DNA of 27,297 nt from a virus (lineage: Duplodnaviria; Caudoviricetes): IMG/VR virus record IMGVR_UViG_3300014202_000924, positions 1-27,297 of that record. The stretch is one strand, 5' to 3'. This document shows positions 17,897 through 25,342 of this stretch, in pieces. The notes beneath the pieces were generated by a model, which saw only the letters and a list, made by a program, of their open reading frames with translations, did no database searches and was not told where the DNA came from. Made by a program: the position numbers and the translations under genes. Each line of letters starts with the position of its first letter. Position 1 is the first letter of the stretch.

Positions 17897-18331
17897 TTAA
17901 CCCCCACTTCTAAAACGTTCCCAATCAATAGCGGCTCTTATCTGATAACCCCTATTGGTTAATGATCTAATGATAGACTCTAAAAATTCCATCTTTTCTT
18001 TCTGCAAACCTATTTTCAATTCCATATTGATTATGTCAATGTCTGAATCAATTCTAGATTGAATCTCTTGCTTCAGAAATGTTCTCTGGCAAGGCTCCCA
18101 TCCCAAATCTTTCAACTCATCTCTACTCAACTTAGCATCCAGCCAATCATACTTCAACATTTTCAAACGCTTATACTCACTCTCGTATTTCAGAAGAGTG
18201 AGTCTTTCTGTGGAAAATATTTTGTAATACTTAGAGTGGAGTTTTGGAATTTTTAGACTTTCACCCGAAAGATCTGATGGATTGATAACTGCATCAAATT
18301 CCCACAACTTTTGAATGGATTCTAAATTCAT
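17897..18331 (-). CDS. uvsY: Recombination mediator UvsY
   Basis: ESLKIPKLHSKY, RGYQIRAAIDWERFRSG; gp3-uvsY-uvsW synteny. Confidence 0.9.
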   Translation of the reverse strand: MNLESIQKLWEFDAVINPSDLSGESLKIPKLHSKYYKIFSTERLTLLKYESEYKRLKMLKYDWLDAKLSRDELKDLGWEPCQRTFLKQEIQSRIDSDIDIINMELKIGLQKEKMEFLESIIRSLTNRGYQIRAAIDWERFRSGG

Positions 18332-18358
18332 AATATAATAAACACACCATAAAAAAAC

Positions 18359-18386
18359 AATATATCACATATTCATATGAATGCAA
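18359..18386 (-). promoter_or_regulatory. Putative sigma70-type promoter upstream of uvsY
   Basis: TTGCAT-16 nt-TATATT with an extended -10 TGn. The 12-bp palindrome ATTCATATGAAT (18371-18382) lies in the spacer. Confidence 0.5.
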
Positions 18387-18391
18387 GATAT

Positions 18392-18913
18392 TTACAATCG
18401 ATGCACATCAAAATGACTAAATCTAAAAGTAACAGAACAATCAATATACTCAGCATCTGGGTTCGTTGATGACATAGGGAATCCGCTTAGAGCTATCGGA
18501 AATAAATTATAAAATCTGAATTCTAAGTTAGGTCTCTTTGTGCTAGATAATACAGTCAATGTAGCATCTGCATATAGCCCTTCACCAGAAGTTTTTTGTT
18601 TGTCATTTAAATTTTTATATTCATTAAAATTATTTGGAAATGTCGTTCCTATAATCCAATCATACATTTCAGTGTATGCATACATATCTTCATCCACTTT
18701 AAATGTGGCATTAATATCACCAAACGTCATGTGATCGCCAGTGAATGATTGTATTTTGAATGGATTATTTACTTGAGCTACACCTGCATCTAATGATGGT
18801 ATTTCAACTGTCTGAACAAAATAACTAAAATGCGGTGCTTTCTTTATTAGGAAATTAAACCATAACGATGATAATAGATTTTTATTTTCAATTTGTCGGG
18901 TTAATATTGTCAT
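18392..18913 (-). CDS. gp3: Tail tube terminator/completion protein gp3
   Basis: NLLS..F.F.I, YFVQTVEIP, FKVDEDM..Y.EMYDWI, DATLTVLSS, FPIALSG; follows gp23 as in cyanophage-type T4-likes. Confidence 0.85.
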   Translation of the reverse strand: MTILTRQIENKNLLSSLWFNFLIKKAPHFSYFVQTVEIPSLDAGVAQVNNPFKIQSFTGDHMTFGDINATFKVDEDMYAYTEMYDWIIGTTFPNNFNEYKNLNDKQKTSGEGLYADATLTVLSSTKRPNLEFRFYNLFPIALSGFPMSSTNPDAEYIDCSVTFRFSHFDVHRL

Positions 18914-18961
18914 TAGATTTATCCGTTAGTAATATCTAGTATATATTAATCCTACAGATGT

Positions 18962-18991
18962 ATTATACACATAAACAATACAAAAACGCAA
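18962..18991 (-). promoter_or_regulatory. Putative sigma70-type promoter upstream of gp3
   Basis: TTGCGT-18 nt-TATAAT on the minus strand, just after a terminator. Confidence 0.45.
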
Positions 18992-18992
18992 G

Positions 18993-19023
18993 CAATAAAA
19001 ATGGGCGCATTGCGCGCCCATTT
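18993..19023 (-). terminator. Intrinsic terminator after the beta-barrel gene
   Basis: 10-bp stem AAATGGGCGC/GCGCCCATTT with a 5-nt loop, followed by TTATTG. Confidence 0.8.
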
Positions 19024-19046
19024 GGTGTCCTAAGCCTCGGACGAGG

Positions 19047-19598
19047 TTAGAAGCGGCGGGAGTAATTGATTCTGAACTGATTTGCTTCCAAATCATTGAA
19101 AACTCGGTCATACCCTACAGCAACGACATTATTCTCATTAAAAGAATATTCTAGGTCGCCACGAGCAGCGTGTGTTTCAAATGCAATATCCGTGTCAAAA
19201 GCATTCTGATATCGATAGCGAACAATACCCTTTACCTTTGATGTAATCTGATGTTCGAATCCTGGTTGAACGGAATAGAACGAGAAATTGTCATTTTCTG
19301 TAAATTCTTGACCTACTCCTAGACGAACAAAATATCCATTGAAAGGTTCAGCAGTAAATCCAGTCTCTAGACGCTGGCCGATATCGCTGGTACCATTTTC
19401 AAATCGTCCGCGAAGAGACATGTCAAATGTCATTCCTTCTATAACGTCAAACGATGCTCCGACCTTCATGGCGTTAGAATCATTTGTATAAAATCCCTGG
19501 TCCACATAATCTTCAAAATCATATTCAATATTGACGGAATCAGCGGATGCTCCTGCTGCAGCAAAAGCCATAGCCAATCCAATTAAGTACTTCTTCAT
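19047..19598 (-). CDS. Small outer-membrane beta-barrel protein (porin-like) with signal peptide
   Basis: Signal peptide MKKYLIGLAMAFAAAGASA (AxA), alternating amphipathic strands, and C-terminal FRINYSRRF ending in Phe (beta-signal). Confidence 0.8.
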   Translation of the reverse strand: MKKYLIGLAMAFAAAGASADSVNIEYDFEDYVDQGFYTNDSNAMKVGASFDVIEGMTFDMSLRGRFENGTSDIGQRLETGFTAEPFNGYFVRLGVGQEFTENDNFSFYSVQPGFEHQITSKVKGIVRYRYQNAFDTDIAFETHAARGDLEYSFNENNVVAVGYDRVFNDLEANQFRINYSRRF

Positions 19599-19652
19599 TA
19601 TTCTTTCCTTTTCTAATTAAAAATAAAATCAATTTATCAAATACACTAGTGT

Positions 19653-19681
19653 AGTATATATGCAAAATCTCAGAAAATCAA
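19653..19681 (-). promoter_or_regulatory. Putative sigma70-type promoter for the beta-barrel gene
   Basis: TTGATT-17 nt-TATACT. The 12-bp palindrome TACACTAGTGTA (19642-19653) covers the predicted start site. Confidence 0.55.
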
Positions 19682-19683
19682 CA

Positions 19684-19707
19684 TAAAAAAAGGGGGCCGA
19701 AGCCCCC
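19684..19707 (-). terminator. Intrinsic terminator after gp23
   Basis: GGGGGC-TTCG-GCCCCC followed by T7; cUUCGg tetraloop typical of T4-like phages. Confidence 0.93.
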
Positions 19708-19735
19708 AATTTTTCCTATTTTATTATTATAGTAA

Positions 19736-21058
19736 TTATAGGAGGTTATTTACGATGAAACGGCGGTAGTAAACATTGCTATCTACTGTTAGGGCGCCGA
19801 CTCCAGCGGTTGTTCCTTCTGCGAATGGATTTGCAACCATGCCGTAGCGTGTCTTAAATCCGATCTTTGGTTGGAACGAGTTTTGATCTACGGCACGTAC
19901 CATTTGTAGTGGAACGTATGGGCAATAGAACAGACCAGCGTCAAAAGGATTTGCACCCTTGTAACCAGCTGTAATATAATTGCCTGTTGTATATGGGTCA
20001 ATGTAGACCTTAATACGACCGTTTAGAACACCTGCAAAGGTTGCACCAGTATCATCAACATTTAGGTTGTTGCTGTTTAGAGCTGGTGTGTAATCCAATA
20101 CCCCTGCCATCTGAAGAGCTGATGCTACATCTGATGAACATAGGATAATGTTACCCTTCCCTCTACGTGTTCCCTTGGCGATTTGATTAGCTTCGCGTTC
20201 TAGCTGGAACATCAAACCCTTGAACTTTTCAACTGACCAACGACCATTTGCATCGGTATCCAAGTCGAATACACCAGCTGTTGTTGTGCCTTCTGAGCAA
20301 CCTGCCTTAGCAATAACGTTAATAGTACGTACTACTTCACGATTGATTTCAGCAAGAATTTCTGTTGAAAGGATGTTTGAAAGTTCGCCTTCAGCGTCAA
20401 GACCATGAATTGCCTTCAAGTCTTGTGCCAATTCAAGAGTGTATTGAGCCTTCAAAGCGCGTGACTTTGCAGTTACTGTTACCTTCTCGATGCTGAATGC
20501 CATTTCAGGGAATGCTGTATTACCAGATGTTCCCAATGCTTCAGCTTGAGCTGTGCTCATACCTGCACCAAAGTTGTATGTACCATTAGCTGTATTGTTA
20601 GAAATACTTGGTACTGTACCTGTGTGCTTGTTACCTGTAGTATTGGCACCAGTTACAACTGTAGCGTAAGCTGTATTTGCTTCGTTGTAGAATGCTTCAT
20701 CGCCTGTTTGGTTTGTATAACGTGAGCGCATTGCAAAGATAAGACCTGTTGGTCCTGTCATTGGCTGCACGCCGCATAGGTCATACGCAATTAGGTTAGG
20801 AGCGGAACGACGAACCAATGAAATTAGAACTGGATCGAATGTATCGATTTCAGAACCTGTTGCGTTGGTGTGTGCAGCTTCACCCAAAAGCTGTTGTGAT
20901 GAACGGTTGATTGCACCTGCTTCACGTAGAGCATTTTCAGTGTTCTCTAACAACGTAGCAGTTACATTTCTACGGTGCACGTCTTTGATTTTTGGAAGGT
21001 CTTCGTGCTCTAAGACATCCTTCCACTTCTTATAAATTTCTTCAGCAAGCATATTCAT
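19736..21058 (-). CDS. gp23: Major capsid protein gp23
   Basis: DPVLISLVRR, GVQPMTGPTGLIFAMRSRY, AKSRALKA, EINREVVR, YCPYVPL, GFKTRYG. Confidence 0.98.
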   Translation of the reverse strand: MNMLAEEIYKKWKDVLEHEDLPKIKDVHRRNVTATLLENTENALREAGAINRSSQQLLGEAAHTNATGSEIDTFDPVLISLVRRSAPNLIAYDLCGVQPMTGPTGLIFAMRSRYTNQTGDEAFYNEANTAYATVVTGANTTGNKHTGTVPSISNNTANGTYNFGAGMSTAQAEALGTSGNTAFPEMAFSIEKVTVTAKSRALKAQYTLELAQDLKAIHGLDAEGELSNILSTEILAEINREVVRTINVIAKAGCSEGTTTAGVFDLDTDANGRWSVEKFKGLMFQLEREANQIAKGTRRGKGNIILCSSDVASALQMAGVLDYTPALNSNNLNVDDTGATFAGVLNGRIKVYIDPYTTGNYITAGYKGANPFDAGLFYCPYVPLQMVRAVDQNSFQPKIGFKTRYGMVANPFAEGTTAGVGALTVDSNVYYRRFIVNNLL

Positions 21059-21102
21059 GTTTTCTATCTCCCTAAATAACGTATGTTATTTTTCTTGTTT
21101 AT

Positions 21103-21110
21103 TATTTATT
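21103..21110 (-). promoter_or_regulatory. Putative gp55-dependent late promoter (AATAAATA) upstream of gp23
   Basis: One mismatch from T4 TATAAATA; the same octamer lies upstream of gp22 and gp67. Confidence 0.6.
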
Positions 21111-22074
21111 TAATTGTTGTTTTTGAAATTGCCTTAACATAACGAGCCATTGGACCTGTTACTTCAGACTTTTCATTAACATCATCAGCATTCTTAGCAG
21201 GAGCTTCTTCAACAATTAGTTGAGTGCTGCCTGTAGAAGTCTTCTTATTAAAATGGTTTTCTTTGATGATTGAAACCTTCTTCTTGAATGCTTCAATGTC
21301 ATCTGCCTCTACGCCTTCTGCCAATGTTTGTAGCTTTTCAACTTGTGTTGCTGCCAAACCTTCAGAAACTTCCTTGAGTGCAGAATGCTTTTCAATTTCG
21401 AAAATAGCCTTCTTCAACTCAATGTTTTCATTGATGCTTTCATTCAACTTGTCGCTTAGAGCTTCATTTTCAGCAGACAATTCGCCCAAAACATCAACCT
21501 TTTCTTCAGGAACTTCTACATAATGTTCCTTGAATAGATTCTTCAATCCTTCAACAAATGATTCCATTATGTCGGCGCGTAGAGAAGATTCTATAGCAAT
21601 TTCGTTTGTCTTGACCCATTCATTGATTGCATAATCAAGATATGATTCAAGGTTTTCTAAAATTGTTTCTTGATGTGACTCAACTGCTTCGGTTAGTTGA
21701 GCATCCAATTCTTCTTCGATTCGAGCAACTTCTAAGCTAACCTGTGTATTCACAGCAGCTTCAAAAAGAACGGAGATTTTTTCTCTTGTTTCTTCAGTTA
21801 ATGCTTCATCTTCGCCGAATACTTCAGCCAATTCTTCCTTAACAGTTCCCTTAGTTGAAATTGAAGCTTTGTTCTTAGCAGCTGAGCCACCAGAAATATT
21901 GTCGGCTTCTTTTCCAACCTGTGCTAGTGTGTCGTTTAAGAAATGCGAAAGGTCTTGCTTCGACATTCCTGAGATTGTGCTAACAACTTGACTCATCAAT
22001 TGAGCTTTAGTTGGTCCACCATTTGGCTTCAATGAGTCTGCAGCAGCAGTTTCATCTAATTTCTTTACAGTCAT
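21106..22074 (-). CDS. gp22: Prohead core scaffold gp22
   Basis: Acidic coiled coil, LFEAAV, YLDY...W...NEIAIE, GLKNLFKEHYVEVPEEKVDV; between gp21 and gp23. Confidence 0.93.
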   Translation of the reverse strand: MTVKKLDETAAADSLKPNGGPTKAQLMSQVVSTISGMSKQDLSHFLNDTLAQVGKEADNISGGSAAKNKASISTKGTVKEELAEVFGEDEALTEETREKISVLFEAAVNTQVSLEVARIEEELDAQLTEAVESHQETILENLESYLDYAINEWVKTNEIAIESSLRADIMESFVEGLKNLFKEHYVEVPEEKVDVLGELSAENEALSDKLNESINENIELKKAIFEIEKHSALKEVSEGLAATQVEKLQTLAEGVEADDIEAFKKKVSIIKENHFNKKTSTGSTQLIVEEAPAKNADDVNEKSEVTGPMARYVKAISKTTIK

Positions 22075-22108
22075 TTTTAAAATCTCCTTAATCGAATCGA
22101 TTTTAATT

Positions 22109-22116
22109 TATTTATT
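22109..22116 (-). promoter_or_regulatory. Putative late promoter (AATAAATA) upstream of gp22
   Basis: Same octamer, overlapping the gp21 stop codon. Confidence 0.55.
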
Positions 22117-22774
22117 TAATCAATGAATTCAAATAATTCTCGAACAACTTAATTTTAACTTCAGTCGTAAGTGTCCCAGAACGTACATTTGCATTGACTT
22201 CTTCTTTTATTTGTTCGGCTGTTCGTTGAACAAGAATATCGTTATTCCAGATCCAATCAACAGATTCAAAAATACCATTAACAAATGCATCAGGTGCCGA
22301 TGGATCTGCTACAATATCTGCTGCAGTTGCCAAAAAGAAATCTTTTTGAACTTCCATTATACCGTCTTTGTTTTCTTTTATTGACCCAAGTCCTCGAGAT
22401 GAAACACCTAAGTTTGCACCCTCGGAAATTAGATTCTTTGCAATCATTCCCATTGGCGTGTCCATCAATTTGGCACGACCAATAAAATTGTTGCCTTCTT
22501 GGCGAATTTCCTTAATCATATGTGACACACGGTCAAGATTGATTGAAGGTCCTTGTGGATGGCCAAGCTCACCATAAGCTTTGTTGCGCTGAATGTTTTC
22601 TTTGATGTACTTTTGAACAGCACCTTCTAGAATTTCAGATGGATATACGCGACCGTTTCTATTTTTAATGTTTCCTTGCATGAAAACACCTTCAATATAG
22701 ACGTCCTTTTTACCATCTTCCTTTGCTTCAGTGATGTATTTTACATCTTCTATAACTTCGCAAATTAATTTCAT
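22112..22774 (-). CDS. gp21: Prohead protease gp21
   Basis: IEGVFMQ, NRNGRVY, GELGHP, GVSSRGLGS, DIVADPSAPDAFV. Confidence 0.96.
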   Translation of the reverse strand: MKLICEVIEDVKYITEAKEDGKKDVYIEGVFMQGNIKNRNGRVYPSEILEGAVQKYIKENIQRNKAYGELGHPQGPSINLDRVSHMIKEIRQEGNNFIGRAKLMDTPMGMIAKNLISEGANLGVSSRGLGSIKENKDGIMEVQKDFFLATAADIVADPSAPDAFVNGIFESVDWIWNNDILVQRTAEQIKEEVNANVRSGTLTTEVKIKLFENYLNSLIK

Positions 22775-22791
22775 TTTACTCTAATGCCTCT

Positions 22792-22995
22792 TTAAAGCTT
22801 TTTTAAAGCTTGTGAAATGCCTTTATGGCGATTATTAAATTTTCTAGTATGTTTCTTCAAACGTTCATCATCCATTTTGGTTGCAGAATCGTGTATTCCA
22901 ATTCCCTGCATTGCCATGTCTACTGAACTTTTTTGAATATACGACTTGGTAGTCTTTTTAGAAATTTCTGTTATAAAAGTTGTAAAGGATTTCAT
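22792..22995 (-). CDS. Small basic internal head protein with a capsid-targeting sequence
   Basis: ATG at 22995 gives MKSFTTFITE, matching the T4 internal-protein CTS pattern (MKTYQEFIAE). The remainder is basic. Confidence 0.7.
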   Translation of the reverse strand: MKSFTTFITEISKKTTKSYIQKSSVDMAMQGIGIHDSATKMDDERLKKHTRKFNNRHKGISQALKKL

Positions 22996-22996
22996 G

Positions 22997-23362
22997 TTAT
23001 TCAACCAAATATTCTGTGTTGAATGTTCCGATCTTTTTCAACTCAAGCTGAATGAATCCATTTGCTGAACCTGAAAGCTGTACAACAACGTTTGCTGCAG
23101 GAAACTGTGATAAGCCACCTATTGGAAACTCGTGATCTGCGCTTCCACCACCAGCTGCAAAAACAACGTTTGCTCCACGGAGAACTTTCCATGTTCCGTT
23201 AGAATCTGTTCCATATGTTATTCTAGAAATTGTAGCTCCTTCAATAATCTCATCACCCATTGCAATGTTAGAAACAGAATTGTTTCCTACAATTACATAT
23301 GTTTCATTAGCAACGTTATGAGTAGCTACTTTTACATACTTCTTATTATATTGAACTGGCAT
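22997..23362 (-). CDS. Hypothetical beta-rich virion protein, 121 aa
   Basis: Located in the head cluster upstream of gp21; rich in Gly, Ala, Val and Asn. Confidence 0.7.
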   Translation of the reverse strand: MPVQYNKKYVKVATHNVANETYVIVGNNSVSNIAMGDEIIEGATISRITYGTDSNGTWKVLRGANVVFAAGGGSADHEFPIGGLSQFPAANVVVQLSGSANGFIQLELKKIGTFNTEYLVE

Positions 23363-23368
23363 TTTTAA

Positions 23369-25003
23369 TTATCCCTTCTTAAAGCGGATTGAACGACGGC
23401 CAACTTTATCGTATGAACTTTGACCTACAGTTGCATGCGTGCCATCAGAATGTTGAAACTTTGTTTCTGTAGCATGATCTGAAGTTGTTCCGCCTTGAAC
23501 TTTTTTGAATCCAGCCTTGTTCATTATTTTTTCCAAATCAACATGGTCACCTTGATGAATTAGAAATGTTTGCTTAGACCCAATTGAATTTTTCAAAGAT
23601 TTTACAGGTAACTTATACTTTTTGCCATGTGCAAGATGTTCGTCGCCAGATTCTGACAAAGATTCTAGCTTATCGATGAATTCTAATATCTTGGTCAATC
23701 CATTCGATGATTCTAAAAGAGAATCAAAGTTATCTTTGTTTTCTTCTGTTAGTTCTGAATACCAAGCAACAGATTCATGCAATCCGTTTTGAATAGCATA
23801 GCGATGCTTCTTTTCAAAATGTGCAGCAACTTGCTTGATATCTTCTTTATAATTAGGCATCGAACGCTTCAAATTTTCATGTGGCATATATTCAGCATGA
23901 TACGAGGTTACCACATGCTTAGCATAATGATGCCATAATTTCTGGCCTTTGTCAGAATCATACGTACCTTTATGCATTCTTCTACGAGCATTTTCAATGA
24001 ACGGACGCTGTGCTCTCTTTAGATGATCCATATTGTTTGCATGATTGATAAGTTCTCTTGCAGCATCTGACAGATGACTCTTCTTCATCTTTGAAGGTTC
24101 AACTTTTCCTGTTTCTGAATTATAAAATTCTTTCTTAGGATTAGTGGGTTGTACTCCAATTGATTCCTTCAATTCTTTCTTTTTCTTCTTGGAACCACAT
24201 TCCTTTTCTTCAAGAAGTTTCTTCAAATGATGAGCAACAATTTTCACATCTTTGGGATTCAAATGGACATTGTGTTTTGCAATATGCTTTTCATCATGTG
24301 GTGCATCAACATGTGTAGGAACCTTGAATTTTTTGCCGTTGACTTTGCCAGTCAAGTGTTGAACATGAATAGTATTTGAATTCATGTCTTCAACCACAAC
24401 ATCTTTCTTAATCTTTTTAAAGATCACCTTGCCATTTACGACAGTTGGAATCATTTTGTAATCTGATACCTTAGACTCATTTTTCTGAGAAATTGAACGA
24501 TATTTTCCTGTTCTATGTGCTTCATAGTCAGTCGCAGATATTTTTCTTTTTTTAACTTCTCTATCAAGAGCTCTTGCTTGAAAATGCCCAGGTGTTCCGC
24601 GATCAGGATTTCTAGATTTAGATCCGTGATGTAGTCTAACCAATTCACCATCTTTCATATTTTTTACATCATTATAAACTCTCTTAGCAGCATTTTTTTG
24701 TGATTGGTCATACATAAGCTTATAGCCTATATTTTTTAAAATTGACTTACTCTTAACAGTCAACTCTGACAAATTCTCAACATCTTCATACACCTTTTCA
24801 TCATGGCCACCTGTATCATATCCATGGTTATCGGCCATACGAGGAGATGTTTTTATATTTGTAGCCTGAAAAACATCATCTCCATTTCCAGCAGGATCTT
24901 TGTGCTTGATGGTCACATGCTTGTCTTTGAACTTCTTCTCACTCTTTGCCTTAGGATTGAGAACTTCAGTCAAACGTTTAGGCGTCTTTATTTTCTGTGT
25001 CAT
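23369..25003 (-). CDS. Lys/His-rich probable internal head polyprotein, 544 aa
   Basis: Between gp67-like and gp21; many (L/V)-x-E motifs resembling gp21 cleavage sites. Confidence 0.65.
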   Translation of the reverse strand: MTQKIKTPKRLTEVLNPKAKSEKKFKDKHVTIKHKDPAGNGDDVFQATNIKTSPRMADNHGYDTGGHDEKVYEDVENLSELTVKSKSILKNIGYKLMYDQSQKNAAKRVYNDVKNMKDGELVRLHHGSKSRNPDRGTPGHFQARALDREVKKRKISATDYEAHRTGKYRSISQKNESKVSDYKMIPTVVNGKVIFKKIKKDVVVEDMNSNTIHVQHLTGKVNGKKFKVPTHVDAPHDEKHIAKHNVHLNPKDVKIVAHHLKKLLEEKECGSKKKKKELKESIGVQPTNPKKEFYNSETGKVEPSKMKKSHLSDAARELINHANNMDHLKRAQRPFIENARRRMHKGTYDSDKGQKLWHHYAKHVVTSYHAEYMPHENLKRSMPNYKEDIKQVAAHFEKKHRYAIQNGLHESVAWYSELTEENKDNFDSLLESSNGLTKILEFIDKLESLSESGDEHLAHGKKYKLPVKSLKNSIGSKQTFLIHQGDHVDLEKIMNKAGFKKVQGGTTSDHATETKFQHSDGTHATVGQSSYDKVGRRSIRFKKG

Positions 25004-25310
25004 CTAGATCTTCCTCGGTATCTTCATCTGATTCTTGATTTTCTTCATCATCAATTTCAATATCAGCATCATCTAGATCTTCATCATTGATATCTTCTAT
25101 CTCTTCATCATCAATTTCAATATCATCTTCGGTTGTATCATCAATTTCAGTATTAAACATTTTTTGAGCTATTTCTTCTCGCTTACGTTCTATAGCTTGT
25201 GCTGCTTTAACTTGCAAAATGTGATCTATAGCTTTGTTAAATTCAACTGCATTCTTTTCTTGTGCATTCTTTACTAAATCCAAAACACCGTATTCTACAT
25301 TAGTTGGCAT
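24978..25310 (-). CDS. gp67: Prohead core protein gp67-like
   Basis: Directly after the portal; helical N-terminus and a very acidic D/E tail. Confidence 0.75.
   Translation of the reverse strand: MPTNVEYGVLDLVKNAQEKNAVEFNKAIDHILQVKAAQAIERKREEIAQKMFNTEIDDTTEDDIEIDDEEIEDINDEDLDDADIEIDDEENQESDEDTEEDLDDTENKDA
25042..25125. repeat. 24-bp direct repeat, two copies 60 bp apart (25042-25065 and 25102-25125), encoding DIEIDDEE
   Basis: TCTTCATCATCAATTTCAATATCA occurs twice, with a degenerate third copy near 25137-25153. Confidence 0.85.
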
Positions 25311-25334
25311 AATATATCTCCTAGCTTAATAAAC

Positions 25335-25342
25335 TATTTATT
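25335..25342 (-). promoter_or_regulatory. Putative late promoter (AATAAATA) upstream of gp67-like
   Basis: Same octamer, overlapping the gp20 stop codon. Confidence 0.55.

Noticed and set aside
18926-19111. 61 aa minus-strand ORF
   Set aside because: It overlaps the beta-barrel gene end out of frame and runs through a terminator and a putative promoter.
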